Positions 40,232 through 51,247 of a DNA stretch of 64,000 nt are shown here, piece after piece. The DNA is from an uncultured Actinomycetes bacterium. GTDB lineage: Bacteria > Actinomycetota > Thermoleophilia > RBG-16-64-13. The stretch lies in the NCBI GenBank assembly GCA_963784835.1, contig CAWASM010000007.1:14694-78693 (forward strand). The letters run 5' to 3'. Under the pieces are notes generated by a model. The model saw only the letters and a list, made by a program, of their open reading frames with translations, did no database searches and was not told the origin of the DNA. The position numbers and the translations under genes were made by a program. Position 1 is the first letter of the stretch, and each line of letters starts with the position of its first letter.

Positions 40232-41089
40232 ATGGAAATCCTGGTTCAAACGCTAATCAATGCAGCCATTCTAGCCGCCGTCTACATTCTTGGTGGCTTA
40301 GGATTTGCCTTTATTCTCAACCTTTTGGGAATATTCAATCTGGCCCATGGTGCTACCTTCATGGCCGCCGCCTACTTGTGCTATTTGTTACGTGTCCAGT
40401 TGGGCCTATCACCATGGATTTCTATCATTATCCCTTTGATTGTTTCGGGCATCGCAGGAATACTTATTGAGAAGTATTTGTTTAGGCCTTTTAAGGGCGA
40501 TTTTGACCGAACGGTGATGGCGTGCATATTCATATCCACCGTGTTGGTTACGACCTTCAACCTCGCTCTTGGGACTCAGCAGATTTCGATACCAGCCGTC
40601 ATTTCAACCACTATTGGAACAGCTCCATATTCAATTGCCGCCGATCGACTTCTCGTGCTGTGCATCGCTATAGTACTGCTCGCTCTCACCATGCTGTTCG
40701 TCAGGAAGAGCAGATGGGGTGCCCAGATGCAGGCGGTCAGCCAGAACAGAGAAGGTGCCGCGTTGCAGGGAATACGATTCAGTCGCGTCGCGGCGATGGC
40801 CTGCGGCGTCGGATTCGCACTGGCGGCTGCTGCCGGCGTGTTCGTGGGGACGCTGTATAACCTGAGTCCTTGGATGGGCGACAGCATTCTAGTAAAAGTG
40901 CTCATGCTCGTTGTCCTCGCCGGTATGGGCAGTTTTAGCGGCATATTCTTGGTCGGTGCGATTCTTGGGTTGATCTATGCGGGTCTGCCAATCGTGCTTC
41001 CGGGAGCTGTAGTCGACGCAGTAGCATCGGCACTGGTTCTGGGCCTGTTGCTTGTGAGGCCGCAGGGGTTCTTCGGACACGAGATGTGA
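40232..41089 (+). CDS. branched-chain-amino-acid-type ABC permease (LivH-like)
   Basis: Polytopic membrane protein with FNLAHGA and ....REGAALQGI motifs. Confidence 0.85.
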   Translation: MEILVQTLINAAILAAVYILGGLGFAFILNLLGIFNLAHGATFMAAAYLCYLLRVQLGLSPWISIIIPLIVSGIAGILIEKYLFRPFKGDFDRTVMACIFISTVLVTTFNLALGTQQISIPAVISTTIGTAPYSIAADRLLVLCIAIVLLALTMLFVRKSRWGAQMQAVSQNREGAALQGIRFSRVAAMACGVGFALAAAAGVFVGTLYNLSPWMGDSILVKVLMLVVLAGMGSFSGIFLVGAILGLIYAGLPIVLPGAVVDAVASALVLGLLLVRPQGFFGHEM

Positions 41090-41103
41090 GAAGAGTGATA
41101 TCA

Positions 41104-42101
41104 ATGAGAAGCTCGAGTGGCTCATCTGAAGCTCCCCGACTCACTGGCGCTGGTTTGTGGCGAGGCGCAGCAATCGGGATGGTGCTCGTTATCGCAGCGA
41201 TTCTTCCGGCCTTCATTGCTAACTCTTACTACATGCACGTCATGATCGTGGCCTTCATCTATATGGTCGTGACGGCCAGTTTCAGAACTGTGGTCATGTC
41301 AGGCCAGTTTTCGATCGCTCACGCTGCCTTCATGGGAATCGGGGCATACATCGCAGGTATGTCGTCTGTCTGGCTACACTGGCCTCCGATTCTGACGATA
41401 CCGGCAGGAGCTATTGCGGCGGCTGTGTTGGCGAGTGCGCTCGCGTATCCGTTTGCTCGTCTGCGAACGGTCTACTACGCAATGGGAACGCTCTTCTTGG
41501 GCTACACCATCATCAATCTATTCTCGGCCGGCGGGAAGTGGACGGGGAGTACGGGCGGACTGGCGGGCATCAAGCCTCTCTTTGACTCTCGCATCACCTA
41601 TTACTATGTGTTTCTGGGCATACTGCTTGTGAGCTTCGCGGCCATATATCGCTTCGAGCACAGTCGCATCGGGATGACGCTCAAGGCAGTTGCGCAGTCG
41701 CATCACGTCGCCTCAAGCGTAGGAATCAACGAGAGGCGATGGCGCATATTCGCAGTCGGTTTTGCCTCCTTTTTTGCTGGCCTTATGGGCGCGCTATATG
41801 CGCACTACAACATGGTTATATCTCCCACGAGCTTTGGACTTTCGTCCAGTCTTTGGATCATCATGTATACGCTCGTGGGGGAAAGTACAGCTCCTGGGGC
41901 CCGGTCATAGGGGTCACGGTTCTTCAGATCATCGCGGAGTTCTTTAGAGATCTCAGGGGATACCTGCCCTTCTTTTCCGCACTAATACTCGTGGTCATTG
42001 CCTTCACACTTCCGGGAGGGCTGGCCAGTATTCCTGGGCTCCTCAGAAACCGCGCATCCAAGCCGCGCCCAGACGAGGAGCTGAGCCCCTATGCTCCTTG
42101 A
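41104..42101 (+). CDS. ABC permease (LivM-like), frameshift near 41890
   Basis: GQFSIAHAAFMGIGAY and LKAVAQSHHVASSVGIN are in ORF 41086..41910. The C-terminus is in the frame of ORF 41739..42101. Confidence 0.8.
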
Positions 42102-42852
42102 GATCGAGGACCTCACCAAGAACTTCGGTGGGCTGGCTGCGGTGGATGAGTTCAGCATGGGCGTGTCCGAAGGCGAGATAGTAGGCCTGATCGGTCCAAA
42201 CGGGGCGGGGAAGAGCACGATTTTCAACCTTATCACCGGGGTCCATCGTGTCACGGGCGGTAGGGTTGTATTCGACGGGCGCGACATCACCCACAAGGTG
42301 CCCGACCAGGTGGCAAAGCTGGGGATCGGTAGAACTTTCCAGCTCAATCCGCTATTCCCCGACTTCACGGTGCTTGAGAATGTCATTTCCTCTTTCTTCT
42401 TGCACCCCCGCTCGAACGTCCTGCAGATCTTCTTCCACACCAAGACATACCGGGAGCACGAAGCTTTCATCCGTACAAAGGCCGAGGAGATCATCAAGCT
42501 GGTCGGGCTGGAGAGGGTGCAGGACGAGTGGGCCCGCAACCTCGCCCACGGTCATCAGAAGATGCTGGGAGTGGCCCGGGCTCTCGCTACAAAACCACGC
42601 CTCTTGCTCTTGGACGAGCCCCTGGCCGGCATGAACCCCGAGGAGATCTCGGCCAGTCTCGACGCCATCCGAGACATGAGGGAAGGCGGGATCACCATCC
42701 TCATCGTGGAGCACAACATGCAGATCTTGAGTTTGTGCGACCGGGTGGTGGTGGTCAGCTTCGGCAAAAAGATCACCGAGGGCCGTCCTCAGGAAGTGCG
42801 GGCTAACACCGAGGTTATCTCCGCTTACTTCGGGACCGATCATGCTTGCTGA
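42091..42852 (+). CDS. ABC ATP-binding protein (LivG-like)
   Basis: Walker A is GPNGAGKST, the signature-region is LAHGHQKML, and Walker B is LLLLDEP. Confidence 0.9.
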   Translation: MLLEIEDLTKNFGGLAAVDEFSMGVSEGEIVGLIGPNGAGKSTIFNLITGVHRVTGGRVVFDGRDITHKVPDQVAKLGIGRTFQLNPLFPDFTVLENVISSFFLHPRSNVLQIFFHTKTYREHEAFIRTKAEEIIKLVGLERVQDEWARNLAHGHQKMLGVARALATKPRLLLLDEPLAGMNPEEISASLDAIRDMREGGITILIVEHNMQILSLCDRVVVVSFGKKITEGRPQEVRANTEVISAYFGTDHAC

Positions 42853-43549
42853 GATTGACAACATCACCGTGCGATACGGTAAGAGCGTGGCCGTAAGTGA
42901 GGTCTCGGTGCAGGTGCCTGAGGGCGCTGTGGTTACCGTGCTCGGCGCGAACGGAGCGGGAAAGTCCACCGTGCTCAAGGCGCTGGCCGGCCTGGTTCCT
43001 ACGCGCGAAGGCGAGATCCGCTTCCAATCCGAGCCCATTGATACTCTGGACACCGACCAGCGGGTGAGAAGGGGCATCGTGCTAGTGCCAGAGGGGCGGC
43101 AGCTTTTCCCGCACCTGACGGTGCTTACCAACCTCGAGCTGGGCGCCACGGTCCGGAAGGACAAGCGCGGCATCGGTCAGTCTCTGCAGTACGTCTTCGA
43201 CCTCTTCCCCCGTCTGAAGGAACGGGCCAAGCAGAACGCCGGTACCCTCTCCGGGGGAGAGCAACAGATGCTGGCTATCGCCCGGGGCCTCATGGCCGAT
43301 CCCCGGCTGCTTTGCTTGGATGAGCCGTCGGTGGGCCTGGCCCCCATTGTGGTGGAGCAAGTTGGCGAGGTCATCAGGCAGATAAACAGCCGGGGCATCA
43401 GCGTACTCTTGGTGGAGCAGAACGTTCACCTGGGGCTAGGCGTCGCCGACCGGGGATACATGCTCGAGGTAGGCCGGGTGGTGCGGAGCGGAGACGTCGA
43501 GGCCCTCAAGTGCAGCGACATCGTTCGCAAGGCTTATCTGGGCGGATAG
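42842..43549 (+). CDS. ABC ATP-binding protein (LivF-like)
   Basis: Walker A is GANGAGKST, the signature is LSGGEQQML, and Walker B is LLCLDEPS. Confidence 0.9.
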   Translation: MLAEIDNITVRYGKSVAVSEVSVQVPEGAVVTVLGANGAGKSTVLKALAGLVPTREGEIRFQSEPIDTLDTDQRVRRGIVLVPEGRQLFPHLTVLTNLELGATVRKDKRGIGQSLQYVFDLFPRLKERAKQNAGTLSGGEQQMLAIARGLMADPRLLCLDEPSVGLAPIVVEQVGEVIRQINSRGISVLLVEQNVHLGLGVADRGYMLEVGRVVRSGDVEALKCSDIVRKAYLGG

Positions 43550-43612
43550 GTGGCGCAGCATGGGCGAGACTAGTGTTTTCACCAGAGTGACACGGTCCAG
43601 CGGAGCACGGCT

Positions 43613-45058
43613 GTGACAATAGTCGATGATCTTGAACACATAGTTGGCTGCGAGAGGGTTTCCACCTCGGATGCCGTTTGTTTGAGCTATTCATTCAACT
43701 GCTTTGTCGGTAGAGACGTCGTGAGGAAGCCGGACATTGTCGTCATGGCTCAGAGTACCGAAGAGGTTTCGAGGATAGTGACGGCTGCCAACAAACACCA
43801 CGTGCCTATAACACCGAAGGGAGCTGTCGGCGCGGCGGGGACCGGAGGTCCTCTGCGAGGCGGGATCCTCCTTGATCTTGCCTTGTTGGACAAGATCGAT
43901 CTTATCGACCTGGACAACATGAAGGCAGTGGCAGAGGCGGGCTGCAGCTTCTTCAGGCTTTCGCAAGAGTTGTTCAAGAAGGGCCTGATGCTGCCCACGG
44001 CTCCTTACGGCCCCGGACCGACCGTCGCCGCATCGGCCATAACTCCGGTCAATGCCTACGGTGGGACCAAGTACGGGCCAAACATAAACCTCGTAGAGGG
44101 TTTCGAGGTCGTGCTTCCCACCGGCGAAATCGCAAGAGTCGGTTCCATGGCCTATGTTGACAGTGAATTTGGTCCCTACTACCGGTACATCACCGGTCCG
44201 GACCTGGTCGGGCTCTTCACCAAGGCGAACGGGGCATTCGGGATTGTCACCAAGGTAGCGTATAGGTGCCTTCACAGACCACCAAACTGGTCTTTCCACA
44301 CCTACTGTTGGCCGCTGGATAGATTAGGCGATGCCACCAAGGCATTGCTGTCAGGCATCGCCGTGGAGGTTTTCGACATTCATCTTATGGACAAATGGAG
44401 GCTCCAGATAGAGCCCGGCCCCGAATTGCCCGAGGGTCTCGGCTTTGCTCTCCAGTTCATGGTCAACGCGGAGAATGAACAGGAGCTGCGTGGCAAGGAG
44501 AAAACCGTCGAAGAGATATGCGCGACCCACGCCGGTACCTATCTCCCGGGCCACGGAGAGGACTTCTATAGCCAATGGCCGCCACCTTTCATCGGTCTCC
44601 GGAGGGCGGACACACTCTCTGAGAGTTCTGGCGATCTCACCAAGCCTCCCCGTCTTTACACCTTTCTCTTTGACGAGCTCATCTTTCCCGCCTCACAGCT
44701 ACCTCAGGTCTACGATCGACTAAGAGAGGACTGTAAGACGTACGGATTCTCGGACACCCCCTCTCACGTCGCGTTCAGCGGCTTCCCGATGAACCACCAC
44801 GTCATCACCGCGACCATCGGTATTGCGCTCGATGACAGCGACCGAGAGGTACTTCACCGGTTCCACGCGTGCCAGGCTGACTTCAGGAACTGGTTTGGCG
44901 AGAAGGGTGGGATGTTCCAATACAGGCTACCTCCCATGGTTCCTGACTTTGTCTGGACGAACCAGATGGACGCTTTCCATCTCCTCAGGCGCATAAAGGC
45001 CGTCCTCGACCCCAATGGCATCCTGAGCCCCGGAACATTCGAGCTATGCGAGTCGTAG
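43613..45058 (+). CDS. FAD-linked oxidase (GlcD-like, PCMH-type FAD binding)
   Basis: The N-terminal FAD-binding region reads PDIVVMAQSTEEVSRIVTAANKHHVPITPKG......GG.....ILLDL. The C-terminal part is oxidase-like. Confidence 0.75.
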   Translation: MTIVDDLEHIVGCERVSTSDAVCLSYSFNCFVGRDVVRKPDIVVMAQSTEEVSRIVTAANKHHVPITPKGAVGAAGTGGPLRGGILLDLALLDKIDLIDLDNMKAVAEAGCSFFRLSQELFKKGLMLPTAPYGPGPTVAASAITPVNAYGGTKYGPNINLVEGFEVVLPTGEIARVGSMAYVDSEFGPYYRYITGPDLVGLFTKANGAFGIVTKVAYRCLHRPPNWSFHTYCWPLDRLGDATKALLSGIAVEVFDIHLMDKWRLQIEPGPELPEGLGFALQFMVNAENEQELRGKEKTVEEICATHAGTYLPGHGEDFYSQWPPPFIGLRRADTLSESSGDLTKPPRLYTFLFDELIFPASQLPQVYDRLREDCKTYGFSDTPSHVAFSGFPMNHHVITATIGIALDDSDREVLHRFHACQADFRNWFGEKGGMFQYRLPPMVPDFVWTNQMDAFHLLRRIKAVLDPNGILSPGTFELCES

Positions 45059-45059
45059 G

Positions 45060-46262
45060 ATGGAGGACCTCACCAAGACGAATCTGAAGGACTTCAAGGG
45101 AGCCTGGACCGTGTGTTCTCAATGCTCCGCGTGCTACTACCGAGGGCCGGTGGTCCCGTTCAACTGGCGTGAGTTGCCGCCCCCCGAATGGTCATCGCCG
45201 GAGCATAGATGTCCATCTTTCGAGTACTTCAAGTTTCGGGCGTATACGGCCGTCGGCATCGGGAACTTGGCTGCGCTGGTTTTTGATGACAACGAGTTCC
45301 CGATTACAGACGATCTGGTGAAGATTGCTTACTCGTGTACCAGTTGCGGCGTTTGTGCAGAGATATGCCAACTCTTTCAGCCCCTCGTCGCGATATGGGC
45401 TCTGCGGGAAGAACTGGTACGTCGCGGAACCAGGCTCCCAGAACCTCTGGAGAAGGTGCACGACCGCATGGAGACGCGCGGGAACATATTCGGTGCCACG
45501 AAGTCATCCCGGGCTATCAAGGGAATTCCTGCCACAGGTGAGAACGTCTACTTCGCCGGTTGCACCGCGCGTTTCCGCGAACCGGAAGTCACCCAGACTA
45601 CACTGGCCGTCTTAAGGGCGGCAGGCATGGACATTGCCTACTTGGCCGGGAAGGAGATATGTTGCGGCTTTCTCGCGGGCCACGACGGTAACACCGAAGC
45701 GCTCGAACGGCAGGCCACTCGGAATATCGAGCGTCTGATCCAGGCAGGTGCCAAGCGGGTGATCGTGTCTTGTGCCCATTGCTACAAGATCATGAAGCTT
45801 GATTATCCTCTTATCGTGGGCGAGCTTCCTTTTGAGGTGGTTCATATCTCGAAACTCTATCAAGAGCTCATTGGCGAAAAGAAGATACGTTTGACGCAAG
45901 AGATTGAGAGAACGGTGACGTACCATGACCCTTGCTTCTTGGGTAGGCACTGCAAGATGTACGAGGAACCTAGGAGCGTCCTTGAAAGCATACCGGGAAT
46001 CAAGCTCGTCGAAATGGTCCGCAACCGGAGATGGTCCTATTGCTGCGGGTCCGGGGCAAAGATCACGTCGACGTGCTTTCCCGACTTCAGTGCCGCCATC
46101 GCAAAAGAGCGGCTGATGGAAGCCAAACAGGCGGCTGACACTATGGTGACGGCCTGCGCCTCATGCCTCTCTGTTCTTCATAGAGCGGCTCGAAAAGAGG
46201 CCGTTGATTTGGAGGTGCTGGACCTGTCCACTTTGGTGGCCCAGGGGATGGGGATCGAATAG
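45060..46262 (+). CDS. Fe-S oxidoreductase with CCG domains (GlcF/LutA/HdrD-like)
   Basis: The Cys clusters are CSQCSACY and CTSCGVCAEIC. There are two CCG-type motifs (EICCGF, WSYCCGSG). Confidence 0.75.
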   Translation: MEDLTKTNLKDFKGAWTVCSQCSACYYRGPVVPFNWRELPPPEWSSPEHRCPSFEYFKFRAYTAVGIGNLAALVFDDNEFPITDDLVKIAYSCTSCGVCAEICQLFQPLVAIWALREELVRRGTRLPEPLEKVHDRMETRGNIFGATKSSRAIKGIPATGENVYFAGCTARFREPEVTQTTLAVLRAAGMDIAYLAGKEICCGFLAGHDGNTEALERQATRNIERLIQAGAKRVIVSCAHCYKIMKLDYPLIVGELPFEVVHISKLYQELIGEKKIRLTQEIERTVTYHDPCFLGRHCKMYEEPRSVLESIPGIKLVEMVRNRRWSYCCGSGAKITSTCFPDFSAAIAKERLMEAKQAADTMVTACASCLSVLHRAARKEAVDLEVLDLSTLVAQGMGIE

Positions 46263-46336
46263 ATGTGTGAAGTACTCCGCCCAACCGCACGCCCGGGCGA
46301 ACGTCATTGCCCGGATAGCCGGATTAGCTTAGTGCC

Positions 46337-47083
46337 ATGTCGGAAGTAGAAAGGAATACGGGAGAGAGCAGCATGATTGACGAGACGGACCTCACGGGTG
46401 AAAAACAGTGGTTCTATGATGTGAAAGTTAAACAAGTAATCAAGAATCTTACGAAACGCAACATGTGCGGGCAGTACGTTCCCGGGCGCAAAGAGGCGCT
46501 TGCGGCTGTTATGGAGATGATCCCGCCTGGTGCTAGTGTCGGACAGGGGAATTCAATCAGCGTTCAACAGGTTGGGGTGTTCGAAGAACTCAGCAAGCGC
46601 GGTCAGAACAGAATCATTGAGTACATATATGTTGCAACTTATGAGCCTCCCGTGCACACACCTGAGGAGAGTTTTACGATAGAACGAGAAGTATTCACTG
46701 CGGATGTCTTTTTGAGCGGCACTAACGCAATTACTCTAGATGGTGTGCTAGTTAACACTGATGGTATCGGGAATCGAGTGGCGCCCATGATTTTTGGACC
46801 GAAGAAGGTAATTATCGTGACAGGCGTCAACAAAATCGTCAGAAACATAGAAGAAGCGCTGGACAGAGTGCACAATGTGGCTGCGCCGCTGAATGGCATT
46901 CGGCATCACATAAAACACAACTTCCCGGAGACTGCCGAATTGGCGTGCGTAAAGACCGGCAAGTGCAGCGATTGCAGTCATCCGGGCAGGATGTGCCGCA
47001 GCACGGGCATCATCGAGGGAAGCGATTTCCGGCAAAAGGGCCGTATCAACGTAGTCCTGGTCGGTGAAGAACTCGGGTTCTAG
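46337..47083 (+). CDS. LUD-domain (LutC/YkgG-like) protein
   Basis: TADVFLSGTNAITLDGVLVNTDGIGNRVA..IFGPKKVIIVTGVNKIV is typical of the lactate-utilisation LUD fold. The C-terminus carries a CSDC..P..C cluster. Confidence 0.65.
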   Translation: MSEVERNTGESSMIDETDLTGEKQWFYDVKVKQVIKNLTKRNMCGQYVPGRKEALAAVMEMIPPGASVGQGNSISVQQVGVFEELSKRGQNRIIEYIYVATYEPPVHTPEESFTIEREVFTADVFLSGTNAITLDGVLVNTDGIGNRVAPMIFGPKKVIIVTGVNKIVRNIEEALDRVHNVAAPLNGIRHHIKHNFPETAELACVKTGKCSDCSHPGRMCRSTGIIEGSDFRQKGRINVVLVGEELGF

Positions 47084-47113
47084 CTGTGACCTGTACGACC
47101 TCGGTTGACACCT

Positions 47114-47554
47114 TCACGATACCAACTTCTCTCTCAGGACCTCATACGGAGTCAGCCCCTTAAGCCCGCGTTAGGCCGGTGGACGCTGTAACTCCTCCCA
47201 GACCGCGAGCTTCTCCGTGAGGTCGACGTCGTCGGTGTACTCAAGGAGCTGATAGAACTCGAGCTGATCGGTGAGTGAGAGCGCTCGACCTTGCCGTTGA
47301 GGTTCGGGCTCCCCGGCTTGATGTAGGTGTGCCTCATGCCCTGGTCCTCCACATGCCAATGGAACTTGGCCTAGGAACTCGTGGCCGTTGTCGGTACCGC
47401 ACGGTGTGGATGCGGAAGGGGAAACGCTCCACGACGTGGTCGATGAAGTCGATGGCGCTCTCCTGGTTGTGTTTGTTATAGACCTTGAGAGCGCGGATGC
47501 GGGTGGCGTCGTCCACGGCGGTGAACTTGGTAGCGCTGCACCTTGCGGCCGGCG
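47114..47554 (-). mobile_element. IS481-like (rve integrase-core) transposase remnant, frameshifted, 5' part cut off by IS21
   Basis: The minus-strand pieces are QRYQFTAVDDATRIRALKVYN....AIDFIDHVVERFPFRIHTVRTDNGHEF, HVEDQGMRHTYIKPGSPNLNGKVERSH, and LTPYEVLREKLVS-stop (stop 47114..47116). Confidence 0.7.
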
Positions 47555-47678
47555 TGTGTTCGATAACCTAAAAGTTGACCACTTGGAGGCCGTTCGTTCA
47601 TCGAAAAGTTGACCACCTTCAAGACAAGTCCTGTACCGTCAGCGCCGCGAGGCGCAGAGACGGACAGGGGGAAGGCAT

Positions 47679-49140
47679 GTGCTGAAGATGGTCGACGTGG
47701 AGTTCATCAAGAAGAAGCATGAGATCGAGGGCTGGCCGATCCGCAAGATCGCCCGGCAGCTCGAGGTCTCCAGGCAGACGGTGCGCAGGGTGCTGGCCTC
47801 CCCGGCTGAGCCGCCCCGGTATGAGCAGAGGGTTGCTCGTTCGCAACCGGTCATGGGCCCGTATCTCCCGGTCGTCGAGCGCTGGCTCATCGACGACGAG
47901 ACCGCGCCCCGCAAACAGCGTCACACCGCCCATCGCATCTACGACCGCCTGGTGGCTGAATACGACTTCCCCGGATCCGAGGTGACCGTGCGCCGGGCGG
48001 TCCGCGCCCTTCGGGGCCGACGCGTGGAGATGTTCGTGCCCTTGGAAGCGGTGCCGGGCAAGGTGGCCCAAGCTGACTTCGGTCAGGCTCACATGCTGAT
48101 CGCCGGCTGTGTGCAGAAGGTCTTCATCTTTTGCCTGCGGGCCAAGCATTCCAAGGTGCCCTTTGCCGCTGCTTATCCCACCGAGAAGCTGGAAGCCTTT
48201 CTGGATGGTCACGTCCGGGGTCTCGAGTTCTTCGGCGGCATCTTCCGGGAGATCTGGTATGACAACCCCAAGACCGCCGTCACCAAGATCCTTTCTGGGC
48301 CGGAGAGAGTCGAGCACGAACACTTCAGCCGCCTGCGGGCCCACTACCTGTTCGATAGCTCCTTCTGCACCCCCGGAGAGGCTCACGAGAAGGGCTCGGT
48401 GGAGAACCTGGTCGGATACGTGCGCAGAAACGCTCTGGTGCCGGCGTCCAAGCCCTTCGCCAGCCTCGAGGCCCTGAACGCTCACCTACTTGCCTTCTGC
48501 GAGCGGGAACGGGTCCGCCATGCTGAGGCTTGGGCTCTGGAGGAGTCTGCTCTTGGGCCCCTGCCTACCTACCCCTTCCGGGCCGCGACCTCCCGGCCGG
48601 TCTCGGTCTCCAAGACCGCCCTGGTCCGCATCGACCACAATCGCTACTCGGTCCCGGCCGTCCAGGCCGGCCGTCTGCTGCGCGCCGAGCTCTACGCAGA
48701 CAAGGTGGAGATCTATGCCGCCGCCACGCTCGTGGCCACCCATCCCCGCAGCTACCATCGCGACGAAAGCTTCCTGGATCTTGCCCACTATCTTCCTGCC
48801 TTCCAAAGAAAGCCCCGGGCGGCCGGCTGCTGCGCCGCTCTTCATCAGGCCGACCCGGTGTTCATCCGCGCCCGGGACCGTCTGCTCGCCGAACCCGGTG
48901 GATACCGGGTCTTCGCCGAGATCCTCATGCTAGGGCTGCGCTTTGATCTGGAGGTCCTGGCTGAAGCCCTCGGAGAGTGCCTGGCCTCCGGGAGACTCTC
49001 GGTCGAGGGTGTCCGCCAGCATTGTCTCAACCTCACTCACCCGGCGCCGCAGCATGTGGAGGTGCCTGAGTTCTTGGCCCTGCGGCTTCCCCGGCCGGAT
49101 CTTAGCCCGCTACGACACCCTGACGGCGGTGGCCCGATGA
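47679..49140 (+). CDS. istA: IS21 transposase IstA (1-nt indel near 49093)
   Basis: The N-terminal HTH is MVDVEFIKKKHEIEGWPIRKIARQLEVSRQTVRR. The DDE core has QADFG...... and WYDNPKTAV. The expected end, PDLARYDTLTAVAR-TGA (49138..49140), is in the frame of ORF 48943..49140. Confidence 0.85.
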
Positions 49141-49904
49141 ACTCAGAGGTCGTCGCCGCCCAGGTCAAGCTCTTTACCCAGGAACTTAAGATGCCGGGGC
49201 TGCGCACCCATTTCGAGGAGATCGCCCGGGAGGCAAGGAGCAACGGGGAGTCCCACGAAGCCTATCTGGTCGCGTGTCTGCGGGCCGAGATCGAGTCCCG
49301 GCGGGAGCACCGGCTGCAGGATCGCCTAAAACAGGCCCGCTTCCCCCACCGAAAGACGCTCGATGAGTTCGACTTCACCCTGGTCCCCTCCGTCCCCAAG
49401 GAAGAGGTCCTTGGCCTGGCGGGAGCCGAGTTCGTCCGCGCCCGGGAGAACGTCATCCTCTTAGGAGCAAGCGGCACCGGCAAGACACACCTTGCCCAGG
49501 CCATCGGCCATGCCGCCATCTACGCCGGCGCTCGGGTCCGCTTCACGAGCGCGGTCGCGCTGGCTCAAGAACTGCTCGCCGCTCAAGACGAGCATCGGCT
49601 GCCTCGCTATCTTAGGAGCTGGCAGAAGACCGATCTGGCCATCGTCGATGAACTCGGATATCTGGGCCTGGGGCCGGGAGGCCCCTTGCTCTTTCAGTTC
49701 TTCGCCGAGCGCTACGAGAAAGGATCGGTGCTCGTGACCTCCAACCTGGAGTTCTCGCGTTGGAGCGAGGTCTTCGGAGATCCGGTGCTCACCGCGGCCC
49801 TTCTCGATCGACTGACCCACCACAGTCATATCCTGGTGTTCGAAGGGGAGTCCTACCGGTTCCGGGAGAGCCAGAAGCAGAAGACGAGATCTCAGGCGAA
49901 GTGA
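49137..49904 (+). CDS. istB: IS21 helper ATPase IstB
   Basis: ATG 49137 lies in an ATGA overlap with the istA stop. Walker A is LLGASGTGKTHLA and Walker B is LAIVDELGY; also VTSNLEFSRW. Confidence 0.9.
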   Translation: MNSEVVAAQVKLFTQELKMPGLRTHFEEIAREARSNGESHEAYLVACLRAEIESRREHRLQDRLKQARFPHRKTLDEFDFTLVPSVPKEEVLGLAGAEFVRARENVILLGASGTGKTHLAQAIGHAAIYAGARVRFTSAVALAQELLAAQDEHRLPRYLRSWQKTDLAIVDELGYLGLGPGGPLLFQFFAERYEKGSVLVTSNLEFSRWSEVFGDPVLTAALLDRLTHHSHILVFEGESYRFRESQKQKTRSQAK

Positions 49905-50078
49905 CCGGGGTGGTCAACTATTCGATGATCGAGGTGGTCAACTTTTCGGTTGACGAACACATCCGTACTGGTCTTAGCGGCCGGCTGACTCTCTGACCTC
50001 CTTGGTCTTGGTCTTGGTCTTGACCCGATTCCGTTGACCCTCTAGAAATGGACCACTACGGTCCAGAAGGGAGTCAAC

Positions 50079-50363
50079 GTGGCCCACACGCCAGAGTTCA
50101 GGCAGGAAGCCAGTGCGTCTCTACCGGGTGAGTCAGAGGGGCATCAGGTCCTGCGCCGCTCAGCTCGGGATATCGCTCGGCACCCTTCGCGCCTGGGTGC
50201 GCCAGGCCGAAGTCGATGAGGGTCTGCGGGAAGGCCTGACCAGCCCCGAGCGAGCTGAGCTTCTGCGTCTTCGGCGTGAGGTCCGAAGATCCTGGAGGAG
50301 GAGAAGGAGATCCTCCGCAAGGCCGCGCTTTTCTTCGCCAGGGAGACCGATCGGCGCAAATGA
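50079..50363 (+). CDS. IS3 OrfA (HTH + leucine zipper), two frame changes
   Basis: [11 protein letters not shown], then [37 protein letters not shown]...[12 protein letters not shown], then [27 protein letters not shown]. The three pieces lie in three different frames. Confidence 0.7.
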
Positions 50364-51247
50364 AGTTCCGCCTGATCGAAGAAGAGAAGTCGCACCACAC
50401 GATCTCCCGTATGGCCCGCGTGCTTGGTGTGACCGCCGCGGGATACCACGCCTGGAAGAAGCGCCCGCCTTCTGCGCGCCTCCAAGAGGATGATCGCCTG
50501 AAGAGGCTTATCCAAGACGCCCACGAGCGCTCTCAGGGCATCTACGGCGCTCCGCGCATCCACGCGGAGCTTGTGCTGGCTCATGGGGAACACGTGGCGC
50601 GCAAGCGCGTGGCCCGCCTCATGACTGCACTGGGGCTGGAAGGCGTGTCAAGGAGAGGGAAGCGCCGGTCCAAGAAGGCTGAGGCCGAGATGCCGGCCGC
50701 TCCCGATCTCGTTCGTCGTCGCTTCACCGCCGGCGCCCCCAATGAGCTTTGGATCGCCGACATCACCTACGTTCCCACCTGGGAGGGCTGGCTGTTTCTG
50801 GCGGTGGTCATCGACGCTTGCTCCCGCCGCGTCTGCGGCTGGTCCATGCGTGACGACCTCAAGGCCGATCTTGTCGTCGATGCTCTGGGGATGGCCACCA
50901 CTCGCCGACGTCCAGGACCCGGCCTCATCCACCATTCGGACCGCGGGGGCCAATATCGCTCGCTGGCGTTCGGTCGGACCCTACGCGATTCGGGCATCCT
51001 TGCGTCGATGGGTTCACGGGGCGATGCCTTCGATAACGCCGCCTGCGAGAGCTTCATGGCCAGCATCAAGACCGAACTCACGAAGAGGAAGACCTTCAAG
51101 ACGAGAGACGAAGCCAGGCTGGCCGTCTTCTCCTACATCGAGGCCTTCTACAACCCCCAGCGCAGGCATTCAGCCCTCGGATATCTTTCCCCGATCGAAT
51201 ACGAGAAGATGCTCAAGGAGAATTGCATCGAGACTGTCGCGGTCTAA
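50360..51247 (+). CDS. IS3 OrfB integrase-core transposase
   Basis: The core motifs are [39 protein letters not shown] and [17 protein letters not shown] 50360 overlaps the orfA stop. Confidence 0.9.
   Translation: MKFRLIEEEKSHHTISRMARVLGVTAAGYHAWKKRPPSARLQEDDRLKRLIQDAHERSQGIYGAPRIHAELVLAHGEHVARKRVARLMTALGLEGVSRRGKRRSKKAEAEMPAAPDLVRRRFTAGAPNELWIADITYVPTWEGWLFLAVVIDACSRRVCGWSMRDDLKADLVVDALGMATTRRRPGPGLIHHSDRGGQYRSLAFGRTLRDSGILASMGSRGDAFDNAACESFMASIKTELTKRKTFKTRDEARLAVFSYIEAFYNPQRRHSALGYLSPIEYEKMLKENCIETVAV

Larger units (their letters stand above)
47555..49961 (+). mobile_element. IS21-family insertion sequence
   Basis: The terminal inverted repeats are TGTGTTCGATAACC... (47555) and ...GGTTGACGAACACA (49961). 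The motif AAAAGTTGACCAC(C) is repeated twice at each end (47569-82, 47602-17; inverted at 49909-24, 49933-49). It carries istA plus istB. Confidence 0.85.

Noticed and set aside
47679-49904. A single 741-aa ORF suggesting a natural IstA-IstB fusion protein.
   Set aside because: The canonical IstA C-terminus and the TGA/ATG overlap are intact in the adjacent frame. One extra base near 49093 explains the fusion, and indels are common throughout this window.
49999-50023. Short (TCTTGG)n microsatellite between IS21 and IS3.
   Set aside because: There are only about 3.5 units in a 72-nt orphan fragment. It is likely incidental.
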